Of a stretch of DNA of 64,000 nucleotides, positions 1 through 14,256 are shown in pieces. Origin of the DNA: Anthoceros angustus (taxonomy: Eukaryota > Plantae > Anthocerotophyta); the NCBI GenBank assembly GCA_010909165.1, contig MU008174.1, positions 682,001 through 746,000 on the forward strand. The letters run 5' to 3'. The translations under genes and the position numbers were made by a program. Within the stretch, counting starts at the first letter, position 1, and the number at the start of each line of letters is the position of its first letter. Below the pieces are notes generated by a model. It was not told the DNA's origin and made no database searches. It worked only from the letters and a program-made list of their open reading frames with translations.

Positions 1-332
1 GGACTATAATCTCTCGGTTTCAAGCCTTGACAAGACCTTGGTACCGCTGTGACAGTCATCACACATACGAAGGTTCTTCGTCACTAGCAAAGGCGTGCCA
101 TCACGTGTGTTGAGGAGCCCAAACGCCAGGCCAATTTCTCGGCATGGCCACACAATGCATCTTCCTTTTCACTCGGACATTGCCTCCGGCACCAACTCGG
201 TATGCGGCACATGACCTCCGCCCTTGACCTCTCATTCAAGTCGAGCTTTGATGATATTTGTGGTCTCTCCTCCCCAACGGTGAACTCGTGGACTTTGTTA
301 TTTAGTTCGATGCAGCCCGGCAGCTTCTTCTT
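1..332 (-). pseudogene. Orphan DYW:KP domain copy (cut by window edge)
   Basis: ORF 84-377 reads [27 protein letters not shown]...[14 protein letters not shown], matching the C-terminus of the PPR gene. Confidence 0.9.
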
Positions 333-744
333 ATTATGCTCTAAAAAAATTAGTTTGACTTCAAAGTCCAAGGACACAAGTAATACACTTTGTTCGCTAA
401 GACATACAAAAAATATCTATGATTATAAAAAGTAGTTGTTAAAGACCAAGGATCAAAGTAAAAAACAATTATGATTATAAAGAAGTGGCGGTTAAGACCA
501 TGGATCAAAGTAATTGACTTATGTTAAAGACCAAGAATCAAAGTAAAAATATGTATGATTATAAAAAGTGGTTGTTAAAGACCAAGGATCAAACTAATTA
601 ACTTAACTCGCTTAGACATACATTAACTTATGATCGAAAAGAAACAAGTGGTCATACATTAACTTAGCGGTACCAATACATGGAGGAGTGGGTATACCAT
701 ATTGATTATGTTTGTTTACTTTGAGTTTCACAAGGGCTTATACA

Positions 745-1352
745 ATGACGTCAAAGATAGAACTATGTGTTGCATTTTATATGACCTTGTTTTTGGCTTT
801 GTGCAATGGCATGAACACCAAGATGACAAATATGTTGCAATTTATATGAACTTTCTTTTTTTGGCTTTGTGCAATAGCATGAACACCAAAGTAAAATCAC
901 CCTTGGATGATGAGATCACATCCATTCAAGGTTTCCGCATATTTCTATCAAAACACCATAGTGGCTATGCGGATATAGATGAGATGAATGGAAGATCTCT
1001 ATTACTATTTTATAGAGTCTCCGTGGAACATTTCCATCAAAACATAGTGGTGGCTAGGTGGATATAGATGAGATGAATGGAAGATCTCTCTTTTACTATT
1101 TTACAAAGATATGAAGACAATCCTCAAGAAGACCTGTTGTTCTTCAACGGAGGACACGGATGCTCTAGCTTTGATGGTTGGATATATGCACATGGGCCAT
1201 TCAACTTTGTACCATCCAACCAATATGGAGGGTTGCCAAATTTGGAAATGAGTCCAAATAGCTTATCCAAAGCATTAATGTCATATAGTTTGATATTGGT
1301 GGTAGAGTAGGCTTTCCGTTTTCGAAAACAAAGTTTCATTGCAACACTAGCG
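745..1352 (+). pseudogene. SCPL: SCPL-A: 5' fragment of serine carboxypeptidase-like gene, unit 1
   Basis: Signal-peptide-like start, GYxDIDEMNGRSL, NPQEDP, [21 protein letters not shown]; internal duplications; truncated after the GVGFS-equivalent region. Confidence 0.88.
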
Positions 1353-2035
1353 AAGATGTCCTTGAAAAATGTAGTAGATAGCCAATCGAAATCCTATTGT
1401 TCGAATGTCATTCTTGGATATTCAAACGTAACTGCAAAATGTACCTCAAACAAACCTCAAGGCGCATGAATGTCCCACAACTAGGGCAACAATGGTAGTA
1501 GTGTTATCTCGGTCCTTTTAATTTCAAACATCTATCCTAATCAAACTAAAATCCTAATGATTTTCATTTAAAACTAACTATTCTTAATTATGATGCCTTT
1601 CGCTATTGGGCTAATATTGGAGCATTATCATCTAGAGTTATTGATTTCAAACTAAGTCATGTTAACAATAAACTAATGATCTAAAAGAAGCAAGTAGTGG
1701 TCAAGACCAAACACTTCAAAAACAAAAACAAATATTTATTATGATCTAAAAGAAATAAGTGGCCGTCAAGATTGATGATAAAGGACACAAGTAATACCCT
1801 TGGCTCACTAACTCATATTAAAAATCAATCTATAATAACAAAAAATGAGTGGTTACCAAAGACCAAGGACCAAAGTAACGAACTTAAATTGCTTATTCAT
1901 ATGAAAAATATTTATCATCATCGAAAAGAAATAAAGTGGTTATCGAGGACTAAGAGAACTTACTACTATATATGGAGGAGTGGGGATGCCATATTTATTA
2001 TCTTTGTTTACTCGACTTTCTCAAGGGCTTATACA

Positions 2036-3561
2036 ATGGCGACAAAGATAGGACTAGGCGTTGCATTTTGATGACCTTGTTTTGGCTTTGTGCAATGGCA
2101 TGAACACCAAAGTCGAGATTACATCCATTCAAGGTTTCCATGGAACATTTCCATCGAAACACTATGGTGGGTATGTGGATATAGATGAGAGGAATGGAAG
2201 ATCTCTATTATTATTTTTAGAATCAAGGCAATCCTCAAAAGACCTGTTGTTCTTGGCTAAACGGAGGACCGGATGCTCTAGCTTTGATGGTTGGATATAT
2301 GCACATGGGCCATTCAACTTTGTACCATCCAAGCAACATGGAGGGTTGCACCGAAATCAATCCAAATAGCTTATCGAAAGCGCTAATGTTATATATTTGG
2401 ACCCCTGCTGAGTAGGCTTTTCGTTGAAAACAAATTGATTACAACACTAGCGACACAAAGACCGCCAAGATACCCATGAGTTTCTCTTAAAGTGGTTCAT
2501 GCTTTTCCTCAATTTCAAGTATGTTTCTCTCTTTGCAATATATGTCTTTGTTTTTGTTCTTTTAAAGTGGTATATGAAACTAATAAGCTAATACGGTCTG
2601 GTTTATTTATTTGGTTTTGCACCAACCCTCTCAGATTTGAGTGGTGAATCTTGGGCGGTGTATATATACCTACTTTGGCAATGATTGACATTGGGATTAA
2701 AAGGAGTGCATCCAAAGGCTGAACTTGAAAGGTTATGTCGTGGGAAATCCTTGGACGGATGATGTATTAGATACCAATTCATATATTCCATGTCTTTATG
2801 GCATGGCTTTGATGTCACCTCAACAATATGAAGCAAGGCAAGAGGTAACATATTTACCGCCATACACTCAAGTGTTTTGCAACATAGCAGATTGATGATA
2901 GCACTACGATATTAATGAGTATAATATCTTACAGCCTTGTTTCCATGATCCTGCATTTACATCGATGCATAACCAACCAAGAAGAATTTGAAAGTGGCCT
3001 TCCAAATAAAGTAGTGAAGGCTTCTCGCAACATACAATTTGGCAGTGACGCTTTGGGATTGAAGGATGCTCTTATTCCACCAAGCTAGAAGCGGGTCCTA
3101 TTAATGCTAAAGAGTCATCGGGTGATGGTCCGTGTTTTGACGATAGTCTTGCGACAAAGTGGTTGAACAATGACGCAGCCGAGTGCTATTCATGCACAAC
3201 CCACTCTATTGGTCAACCATGGGTTTTATGCACGATATCTTAACTTACAACCATGATGCGAAGTATGATACCCTTTCACAAAGAATTGACCGAAACCTTA
3301 GGTTCTGTGGCTTTACTATTTAGTGGTGACCATGATTGTAATGTGCCTTACATAGGTACAAGAACATGGATCAAGGACTGGACTATAAGACCATCAAAGC
3401 TTGGCGCCTGTGGTATGCCAATCAACAAGTGGTCAGCTTTGTAGTAGCATATGATCCTCGACCTATCTTTTGCATTAAAGGTGCTGGACACGAGTAGCAC
3501 AATGGAAACTGCGGAGTTCTTGGCTATGATTCAACGCTGGTTACAAACAAAGGAGCTTTGA
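2036..3561 (+). pseudogene. SCPL: SCPL-B: near full-length serine carboxypeptidase-like gene (peptidase S10), unit 1; frameshifted as assembled
   Basis: Pieced across frames: [25 protein letters not shown](W)AGVYIP, NLKGYVVGNP, LFSGDHDCNVP, KGAGH, ending QTKEL*; one ~100-bp GT..AG intron near 2519. Confidence 0.9.
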
Positions 3562-3945
3562 ATATAGATTAGAGGTCCGAAGGTAGCAAGCATGATATCA
3601 CTTCTATTCGGATAGTTGCTCTACCTAGTAGAAAGTTGAGAAATTGTTCCTATTTGTCTGCTGCTCATTCTCCAAAGCAATTGGAACTAATAACAATCAG
3701 CGTAGCAATCCAAGAGCATGTCTTCCATTTGTGATACCGATGATTTGTCTTTGGCACAAAATTAAACATGAATTGTACGATACCTAGTACAAAGTTGAGA
3801 AATTGTTCCTATTTGTCTGCTGCTCATTCTCCCTAGCGTTGGAACTAATCACAATCAGCAGAGTAATCCAAGAGCATGTCTTTTATTTGTGACCGATGAT
3901 TTCTCTTTGGCACAAAATTAAACATGAATTGTGCGATTGTTGTCG

Positions 3946-4330
3946 TCAATGTCGATCCCCACCGAACACGACCCATCTATGAAACGGTGTACTCGATGTA
4001 TATCTCGGACTATAATCTCTCGGTTTTCAAGCCTTGACAAGACCTTGGTACCGTGATACCATCACACATACGGTTCTTCGTCACTAGCAAAGGCGTGCCA
4101 TCACGTGTGTTGAGGAGCCCAAACGCCAGGCCAATTTCTCGGCATGGCCACACAATGCATCTTCCTTTTCACTCGACATTGCCTCCAGACCAACTCGGTA
4201 TGCGGCACATGACCTCCGCCTTCAGCCTCTCATTCAAGGTCTTGAGCTTTGATGATATTTGTGGTCTCTCCTCCCAACGGTGAACTCGTGGACTTTGTTA
4301 TTTAGTTCGATCACGGGCAGTCTTCTTCTT
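3946..4330 (-). pseudogene. Orphan DYW:KP domain copy
   Basis: Near-identical to 37683-38084, with indels. Confidence 0.9.
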
Positions 4331-4756
4331 ATTATGCTCTAAAAAAATTAGTTTGACTTCAAAGTCCAAGGACACAAGTAATACACTTTGTTCGCTAAGA
4401 CATACAAAAAATATCTATGATTATAAAAAGTAGTTGTTAAAGACCAAGGATCAAAGTAAAAAACAATTATGATTATAAAGAAGTGGCGGTTAAGACCATG
4501 GATCAAAGTAATTGACTTAGCTCGCTTAGACATATGTTAAAGACCAAGAATCAAAGTAAAAATATGTATGATTATAAAAAGTGGTTGTTAAAGACCAAGG
4601 ATCAAACTAATTAACTTAACTCGCTTAGACATACATTAACTTATGATCGAAAAGAAACAAGTGGTCATACATTAACTTAGCGTACCAATACATGGAGGAG
4701 TGGGTATACCATATTGATTATGTTTGTTTACTTTGAGTTTCACAAGGGCTTATACA

Positions 4757-5365
4757 ATGACGTCAAAGATAGAACTATGTGTTGCATTTTATATGACCTT
4801 GTTTTTGGCTTTGTGCAATGGCATGAACACCAAGATGACAAATATGTTGCAATTTATATGAACTTTCTTTTTTGGCTTTGTGCAATAGCATGAACACCAA
4901 AGTAAAATCACCCTTGGATGATGAGATCACATCCATTCAAGGTTTCCATGAACATTTCTATCAAAACACCATAGTGGCTATGCGGATATAGATGAGATGA
5001 ATGGAAGATCTCTCTATTACTATTTTATAGAGTCTCCGTGGAACATTTCCATCAAAACATAGTGGTGGCTAGGTGGATATAGATGAGATGAATGGAAGAT
5101 CTCTCTTTTACTATTTTACAAGATATGAAGACAATCCTCAAGAAGACCACTGTTGTTCTTCAGCAACGGAGGACTGGATGCTCTAGCTTTGATGGTTGGA
5201 TATATGCACATGGGCCATTCAACTTTGTACCATCCAACCAATATGGAGGGTTGCCAAATTTGGAAATGAGTCCAAATAGCTTATCCAAAGCTAATGTCAT
5301 ATAGTTTGATATTGGTGGTAGAGTAGGCTTTCCGTTTCGAAAACAAAGTTTCATTGCAACACTAG
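4757..5365 (+). pseudogene. SCPL: SCPL-A fragment, unit 2
   Basis: Copy of 745-1352. Confidence 0.85.
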
Positions 5366-6049
5366 CGAAGATGTCCTTGAAAAATGTAGTAGATAGCCAA
5401 TCGAAATCCTATTGTTCCGAATGTCATTCTTGGATATTCAAAACAGAATCGCAAAATGTACCTCAAACAAACCTCAAGGCGCATGAATGTCCCACAACTA
5501 GGGCAACAATGGTAGTAGTGTTATCTCGGTCCTTTTAATTTCAAACATCTATCCTAATCAAACTAAAATCCTAATGATTTTCATTTAAAACTAACTATTC
5601 TTAATTATGATGCCTTTCGCTATTGGGCTAATATTGGAGCATTATCATCTAGAGTTATTGATTTCAAACTAAGTCATGTTAACAATAAACTAATGATCTA
5701 AAAGAAGCAAGTAGTGGTCAAGACCAAACACTTCAAAAACAAAAACAAATATTTATTATGATCTAAAAGAAATAAGTGGTCAAGATTGATGATAAAGGAC
5801 ACAAGTAATACCCTTGGCTCACTAACTCATATTAAAAATCAATCTATAATAACAAAAAATGAGTGGTTACCAAAGACCAAGGACCAAAGTAACGAACTTA
5901 AATTGCTTATTCATATGAAAAATATTTATCATCATCGAAAAGAAATAAAGTGGTTATCGAGGACTAAGAGAACTTACTACTATATATGGAGGAGTGGGGA
6001 TGCCATATTTATTATCTTTGTTTACTCGACTTTCTCAAGGGCTTATACA

Positions 6050-7588
6050 ATGGCGACAAAGATAGGACTAGGCGTTGCATTTTGATGACCTTGTTTTGGC
6101 TTTGTGCAATGGCATGAACACCAAAGCTGAGATTACATCCATTCCAGGTTTCCATGGAACATTTCCATCGAAACACTATGGTGGGTATGTGGATATAGAT
6201 GAGAGGAATGGAAGATCTCTCTATTATTATTTTTAGAATCAAGGCAATCCTCAAAAGACCCTGTTGTTCTTGGCTAACGGAGGACCCGGATGCTCTAGCT
6301 TTGATGGTTGGATATATGCACATGGGCCATTCAACTTTGTACCATCCAAGCAACATGGAGGGTTGCACGATCCGGAAATCAATCCAAATAGCTTATCGAA
6401 AGCTAATGTTATATATTTGACAATCCTCATTGAGTAGGCTTTTCGTTTCGAAAACAAATTGATTACAACACTAGCGACACAAAGACCGCCCAAGATACCC
6501 ATGAGTTTCTCTTAAAGTGGTTCATGCTTTTTCCTCAATTTCAAGTATGTTTCTCTCTTTGCAATATATGTCTTTGTTTTTGTTCTTTACGTGGTATATG
6601 AAACTAATAAGCTAATACGGTCTGGTTTATTTATTTGGTTTTGCAGTCCAACCCTCTGTATTTGAGTGGTGAATCTTGGGCAGTGTATATATACCTACTT
6701 TGGCAACACAGATTGACATTGGGATTAAAAAGGAGTGCATCCGGTTGAACTTGAAAGGTTATGTCGTGGGAAATCCTTGGATGTATGATGTATTAGATAC
6801 CAATTCATATATTCCATGTCTTTATGGCATGGCTTTGATGTCACCTCAACAATATGAAGCGGCCAAGGATAACAACTTATTTACCGCCATACACTCAAGT
6901 GTTTTGCAACATTAACGCAGATTGATGATAGCACTACGTATATTAATGAGTATAATATCTTACAGCCTTGTTTCCATGATCCCGATTTTACATCGATGCA
7001 CAACCAACCAAGAAGAATTTTAAAGTGGCCTTCCAAATAAAGTAGTGAAGGCTTCTAACATACAATTTGGCGGGTGACGCTTTGGGATTGAAGGATGCTC
7101 TTATTCCACCAAGCTAGAAGCGGGTCCTATTAATGCTAAACAGAGTCATCGGGTGATGGTCCGTGTTTTGATAGTCTTGCGACAAAGTGGTTGAACAATG
7201 ACGCAGTGCTATATTCATGCACAACCCACTCTATTGGTCAACCATGGGTTTTATGCAGATATCTTAACTTACAACCATGATGCAGAAGTATGATACCCTT
7301 TCACAAAGAATTGACCGAAACCTTAGGTTACTGTGGCTTTACTATTTAGTGGTGACCATGATTGTAATGTGCCTTACATAGGTACAAGAACATGGATCAA
7401 GGATCTGGACTATAAGACCATCAAAGCTTGGCGCCGTGGTATGCCAATCAACAAGTGGTCGGCTTTGTAGTAGCATATGATCGACCTATCTTTTGCAAGC
7501 TTAAAGGTGCTGGACACGAGTAGCACAATGGAAACTCATGGAGTTCTTGGCTATGATTCAACGCTGGTTACAAACAAAGGAGCTTTGA
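6050..7588 (+). pseudogene. SCPL: SCPL-B, unit 2
   Basis: Copy of 2036-3561; ORF 6676-6915 gives VYIPTLA..NLKGYVVGNPW. Confidence 0.88.
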
Positions 7589-8049
7589 ATATAGATTAGA
7601 GGTCCAAGGTAGCAAGCATGATATCACTTCTATTCGGATAGTTGCTCTACCTAGTAGAAAGTTGAGAAATTGTTCCTATTTGTCTGCTCATTCTCCAAAG
7701 CAATTGGAACTAATAACAATCAGCAGTAGCAATCCAACAGCATGTCTTCCATTTGTGATACCGATGATTTGTCTTTGGCACAAAATTAAACATGAATTGT
7801 ACGATACCTAGTACAAAGTTGAGAAATTGTTCCTATTTGTCTGCTGCTCATTCTCCCTAGCAGTTGGAACTAATCACAATCAGCAGTAGCAATCCAAGAG
7901 CATGTCTTTTATTTGTGACCGATGATTTCTCTTTGGCACAAAATTAAACATGAATTGTGCGATTGTTGTCGCCAATGTCGATCCCCACACCTAACACGAC
8001 CCATCTATGAAACGGTGTACTCGATGTATATCTCGGACTATAATCTCTC

Positions 8050-9088
8050 TTTGCAATATATGTCTTTGTTTTTGTTCTTTACAGTATATGAAACTAATAA
8101 GCTAATACGGTCTGGTTTATTTATTTGGTTTTGCAGTCCAACCCTCAGATTTGAGTGGTGAATCTTGGGCGGTGTATATATACCTACTTTGGCAACACAG
8201 TTGACATTGGGATTAAAAGGAGTGCATCCGGTCTGAACTTGAAAGGTTATGTCGTGGGAAATCCTTGGATGATGATGTATTAGATACCAATTCATATATT
8301 CCATGTCTTTTATGGCATGGCTTTGATGTCACCTCAACAATATGAAGTGCCAAGACAGATCAGAATAACAGCTTATTTACCGCCATACACTCAAGTGTTT
8401 TTGGCAACATTAACGCAGATTGATGATAGCACCATATTAATGAGTATAATATCTACAGCCTTGTTTCCATGATCCCAGACTTTATTACATCGATGCGCAT
8501 AACCAACCAAGAAGAATTTCAGAAAGTGGCCTTCCAAATAAAGTAGTGAAGGCTTCGCAACATACAATTTGGCCGGGCAAGGTGACGCTTGGAATTGAAG
8601 GATGCTCTTATTCCACCAAGCTAGAAGCGGTCCTATTAATGCTAAATAGTCATCGGGTGATGGTCCTGTTTTGACGATAGTCTTGACAAAGTGGTTGAAC
8701 AATGACGCAATGGTGCTATTCATGCACAACCCACTCTATTGGTCAACCATGGGTTTTATGCATGATATCTTAACTTACAACCATGATGCGTATGATACCC
8801 TTTCACAAAGAATTGAAAACCTTAGGTTGTGGCTTTACTATTTAGTGGTGACCATGATTGTAATGTGCCTTACATAGGTACAAGAACATGGACTCAAGGA
8901 CCGGACTATAAGACCATCAAAGCTTGGCGCCTGTGGTATGCCAATCAACAAGTGGTCGGCTTTGTAGTAGCATATGATCCTCGACCTATCTTTTGCAGCT
9001 TAAAGGTGCTGGACACGTAGTAGCACAATGGAAACTCATGAGTTCTTGGCTATGATTCAACGTCAAGTTACAAACAAAGGAGCTTTGA
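8050..9088 (+). pseudogene. SCPL: SCPL-B 3' half in the internally deleted unit 3
   Basis: Begins inside the SCPL-B intron after junction 8044-8049; ORF 8829-9020 has ALLFSGDHDCNVPYIGTRTW. Confidence 0.88.
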
Positions 9089-9467
9089 ATATAGATTAGA
9101 GGTCCGGTAGCAAGCATGATATCACTTCTATTCGGATAGTTGCTCTACCTAGTAGAAAGTTGAGAAACCGTTCCTATTTGTCTGCCGCTCATTCTCCAAA
9201 GCAATTGGAACTAATAACAATCAACAGAGTAATCCAACAAGATGTCTTCCATTTGTGATACCGATGATTTGTCTTTGGCACAAAATTAAACATGAATTGT
9301 ACGATACCTAGTACAAAGTTGAGAAATTGTTCCTATTTGTCCGCTGCTCATTCTCCCTAGCAGCTTGGAACTAATCACAATCCAGTAGTAATCCAAGAGC
9401 ATGTCTTTTATTTGTGACCGATGATTTCTCTTTGGCACAAAATTAAACATGAATTGTGCGATTGTTG

Positions 9468-9852
9468 TCAATGTCGATCCCCACACCTAACACGACCCAT
9501 CTATGAAACGTGTACTGATGTATATCTCTTGACTATAATCTCTGGCCAAGCCTTGACAAGACCTTGGTACTGTGATACCATCACACACACGGTTCTTCGT
9601 CACTAGCAAAGGCGTGCCATCACGCAGTGTTGAGGAGCCCAAACGCCACAATTTCTCAAGATGGCCACACAATGCATCTTCCTTTTCACTCGGACATTGC
9701 CTCCAAAGACCAATCCCCAGAGGCACATGACCTCCGTCCTTCAGCCTCTCATTCAAGGTACCGAGCTTTGATGATATTTGTGGTCTCTCCTCCCCAACGG
9801 TGAACTCGTGGACTTTGTTATTTAGTTCGATGCAGCCTCGCGTGCTCTTCTT
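9468..9852 (-). pseudogene. Orphan DYW:KP domain copy
   Basis: ORF 9487-9897: [24 protein letters not shown]...[10 protein letters not shown]. Confidence 0.9.
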
Positions 9853-10278
9853 ATTATGCTCTAAAAAAATTAGTTTGACTTCAAAGTCCAAGGACACAAG
9901 TAATACACTTTGTTCGCTAAGACATACAAAAAATATCTATGATTATAAAAAGTAGTTGTTAAAGACCAAGGATCAAAGTAAAAACAATTATGATTATAAA
10001 GAAGTGGCTTAAGACCATGGATCAAAGTAATTGACTTAGCTCGCTTAGACATATGTTAAAGACCAAGAATCAAAGTAAAAAATATGTATGATTATAAAAA
10101 GTGGTTGTTAAAGACCAAGGATCAAACTAATTAACTTAACTCGCTTAGACATACATTAACTTATGATCGAAAAGAAACAAGTGGTCATACATTAACTTAG
10201 CAAGTACCAATACATGGAGGAGTGGGTATACCATATTGATTATGTTTGTTTATTTTGAGTTTCACAAGGGCTTATACA

Positions 10279-10882
10279 ATGACGCCAAAGATAGAACTAT
10301 GTGTTGCATTTTATATGACCTTGTTTTTCGCTTTTGTGCAATGGCATGAACACCAAGATGACAAATATGTTGCAATTTATATGAACTTTCTTTTTTGGCT
10401 TTGTGCAATAGCATGAACACCAAAGTAAAATCACCCTTGATGATGAGATCACATCCATTCAAGGTTTCCGCAGTAATACTTCTATCAAAACACCATAGTG
10501 GCTATGGATATAGATGAGATGAATGGAAGATCTCTATTACTATTTTATAGAGTCTCTGGAACATTTCCATCAAAACATAGTGGTGGCTAGGTGGATATAG
10601 ATGAGATGAATGGAAGATCTCTCTTACTATTTTCGCTGTATGAAGACAATCCTCAAGAAGACCCCGTTGTTCTTCAAATTAACGAGGACCCGGATGCTCT
10701 AGCTTTGATGGTTGGATATATGCACATGGGCCATTCAACTTTGTACCATCCAACCAATATGGAGGGTTGCCAAATTTGGAAATGAGTCCAAATAGCTTAT
10801 CCAAAGCAGCTAATGTCATATAGTTTGATATTGGTGGTAGAGTAGGCTTTTCGAAAACAAAGTTTCATTGCAACACTAGCGA
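10279..10882 (+). pseudogene. SCPL: SCPL-A fragment, unit 4
   Basis: Copy of 745-1352. Confidence 0.85.
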
Positions 10883-11552
10883 AAGATGTCCTTGAAAAAT
10901 GTAGTAGATAGCCAATCGAATCCTATTGTTCCCGAATGTCATTCTTGGATATTCAAATGTAATCGCAAAATGTACCTCAAACAAACCTCAAGGCGCATGA
11001 ATGTCCCACAACTAGGGCAACAATGGTAGTAGTGTTATCTCGGTCCTTTTAATTTCAAACATCTATCCTAATCGAAACTAAAATCCTAATGATTTTCATT
11101 TAAAACTAACTATTCTTAATTATGATGCCTTTCGCTATTGGGCTAATATTGGAGCATTATCATCTAGAGTTATTGATTTCAAACTAAGTCATGTTAACAA
11201 TAAACTAATGATCTAAAAGAAGTGGTCAAGACCAAACACTTCAAAAACAAAAACAAATATTTATTATGATCTAAAAGAAATAAGTGGCCGTCAAGATTGA
11301 TGATAAAGGACACAATTTTGGCTCACTAACTCATATTAAAAATCAATCTATAATAACAAAAATGAGTGGTTACCAAAGACCAAGGACCAAAGTAACGAAC
11401 TTAAATTGCTTATTCATATGAAAAATATTTATCATCATCGAAAAGAAATAAAGTGGTTATCGAGGACTAAGAGAACTTACTACTATATATGGAGGAGTGG
11501 GGATGCCATATTTATTATCTTTGTTTACTCGACTTTCTCAAGGGCTTATACA

Positions 11553-13060
11553 ATGGCGACAAAGATAGGACTAGGCGTTGCATTTTGATGACCTTGTTTT
11601 TGGCTTTGTGCAATGGCATGAACACCAAAGTCAGAGATTACATCCAGTGTTTCCATGGAACATTTCCATCGAAACACTATGGTGGGTGGTATGTGGATAT
11701 AGATGAGAGGAATGGAAGATCTCTCTATTATTATTTTTAGAATCAAGGCAATCCTCAAAAGACCGTTGTTCTTGGCTAAACGGAGGACCCGGATGCTCTA
11801 GCTTTGATGGTTGGATATATGCACATATTCAACTTTGTACCATCCAAGCAACATGGAGGGTTGCCTCGATCCGAAATCAATCCAAATAGCTTATCGAAGC
11901 TAATGTTATATATTTGGACAACTGGAGTAGGCTTTTCGTTGAAAACAAATTGACATAACACTAGCGACACAAAGACCCCAAGATACCCATGAGTTTCTCT
12001 TAAAGTGGTTCATGCTTTTCCTCAATTTCAAGTATGTTTCTCTTTGCAATATATGTCTTTGTTTTTGTTCTTTACTGGTATATGAAACTAATAAGCTAAT
12101 ACGGTCTGGTTTATTTATTTGGTTTTGGTCCAACCCTCCAGATTTGAGTGGTGAATCTCAAGGTGTATATATACCTACTTTGGCAATGATTGACATTGGG
12201 ATTAAAAGGAGTGCATCCAAAGGTCGAACTTGAAAGGTTATGTCGGGAAATCCTTGGAGATGATGTATTAGATACCAATTCATATATTCCATGTCTTTAT
12301 GGCATGGCTTTGATGTCACCTCAACAATATGAAGTGTACCAAGACAGATCAGAATAATGCTTATTTACCGCCATACACCAAGTGTTTTGCAACATTAACT
12401 AGATTGATGATAGCACCATGTATTAATGAGTATAATATCTTACAGCCTTGTTTCCATGATCCGGTACTCGGACATCGATGCATAACCAACCAAGAAGAAT
12501 TTCGAAAGTGGCCTTCCAAATAAAGTAGTGAAGGCTTTAACATACAATTTGGCCGGGCAAGGTGACGCTTGGGATTGAAGGATGCTCTTATTCCAAGCTA
12601 GAAGCGGGTCCTATTAATGCTAAATGCAGTCATCGGGTGATGGTCCCGTGTTTTGACGATAGTCTTATGACAAAGTGGTTGAACAATGACGCATGGTGCT
12701 ATTCATGCACAACTCTATTGGTCAACCATGGGTTTTATGCACGATATCTTACAACCATGATGCAGAAGTATGATACCTTTCACAAAGAATTGACCAAACC
12801 TTAGGTTACAGTGGCTTTACTATTTAGTGGTGACCATGATTGTAATGTGCCTTACATAGGTACAAGAACATGGACCTAAGGACTGGACTATAAGACCATC
12901 AAAGCTTGGCGCCGTGGTATGCCAATCAACAAGTGGTCAGCTTTGTAGTAGCATATGATCGACCTATCTTTTTTGATTAAAGGTGCCGGACACAGTAGCA
13001 CAATGGAAACCTCGGAGTTCTTGGCTATGATTCAACGCGTTACAAACAAAGGAGCTTTGA
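11553..13060 (+). pseudogene. SCPL: SCPL-B, unit 4
   Basis: Copy of 2036-3561. Confidence 0.88.
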
Positions 13061-13443
13061 ATATAGATTAGAGGTCCAAGGTAGCAAGCATGATATCACT
13101 TCTATTCGGATAGTTGCTCTACCTAGTAGAAAGTTGAGAAATCGCTCCTATTTGTCTGCCGCTCATTCTCCAAAGCAATTGGAACTAATAACAATCAGCG
13201 GTAGTAATCCAACAAAGATGTCTTCCATTTGTGATACCGATGATTTGTCTTTGGCACAAAATTAAACATGAATTGTACGATACCTAGTACAAAGTTGAGA
13301 AATTGTTCCTATTTGTCTGCTGCTCATTCTCCCTAGCAGTTGGAACTAATCACAATCAGTAGCAATCCAAGAGCATGTCTTTTATTTGTGACCGATGATT
13401 TCTCTTGGCACAAAATTAAACATGAATTGTGCGATTGTTGTCG

Positions 13444-13831
13444 CCAATGTCGATCCCCACACGAACACGACCCATCTATGAAACGGTGTACTGGCGTATA
13501 TCTCGGACTATAATCTCTCGGTTTTCAAGCCTTGACAAGACCTTGGTACCGTGATACCATCACACATACGAAGGTTCTTCGTCACTAGCAGCGTGCCATC
13601 ACGTGTGTTGAGGAGCCCAAACGCCAATTTCTCGCATGGCCACACAATGCATCTTCCTTTTCACTCTCGGACATTGCCTCCAGCACCAACTCGGTATGCG
13701 GCACATGACCTCCGTCCTTCAGCCTCTCATTCAAGGTCGAGCTTTGATGATATTTGTGGTCTCTCCTCCCCAACGGTGAACTCGTGGACTTTGTTATTTA
13801 GTTCGATGCAGGCCCTGGCAGGCTTCTTCTT
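13444..13831 (-). pseudogene. Orphan DYW:KP domain copy
   Basis: ORF 13585-13773: [36 protein letters not shown]. Confidence 0.9.
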
Positions 13832-14256
13832 ATTATGCTCTAAAAAAATTAGTTTGACTTCAAAGTCCAAGGACACAAGTAATACACTTTGTTCGCTAAG
13901 ACATACAAAAAATATCTATGATTATAAAAAAGTAGTTGTTAAAGACCAAGGATCAAAGTAAAAAACAATTATGATTATAAAGAAGTGGCGGTTAAGACCA
14001 TGGATCAAAGTAATTGACTTAGCTCGCTTAGACATATGTTAAAGACCAAGAATCAAAGTAAAAATATGTATGATTATAAAAAGTGGTTGTTAAAGACCAA
14101 GGATCAAACTAATTAACTTAACTCGCTTAGACATACATTAACTTATGATCGAAAAGAAACAAGTGGTCATACATTAACTTAGCAGCAATACATGGAGGAG
14201 TGGGTATACCATATTGATTATGTTTGTTTACTTTGAGTTTCACAAGGGCTTATACA

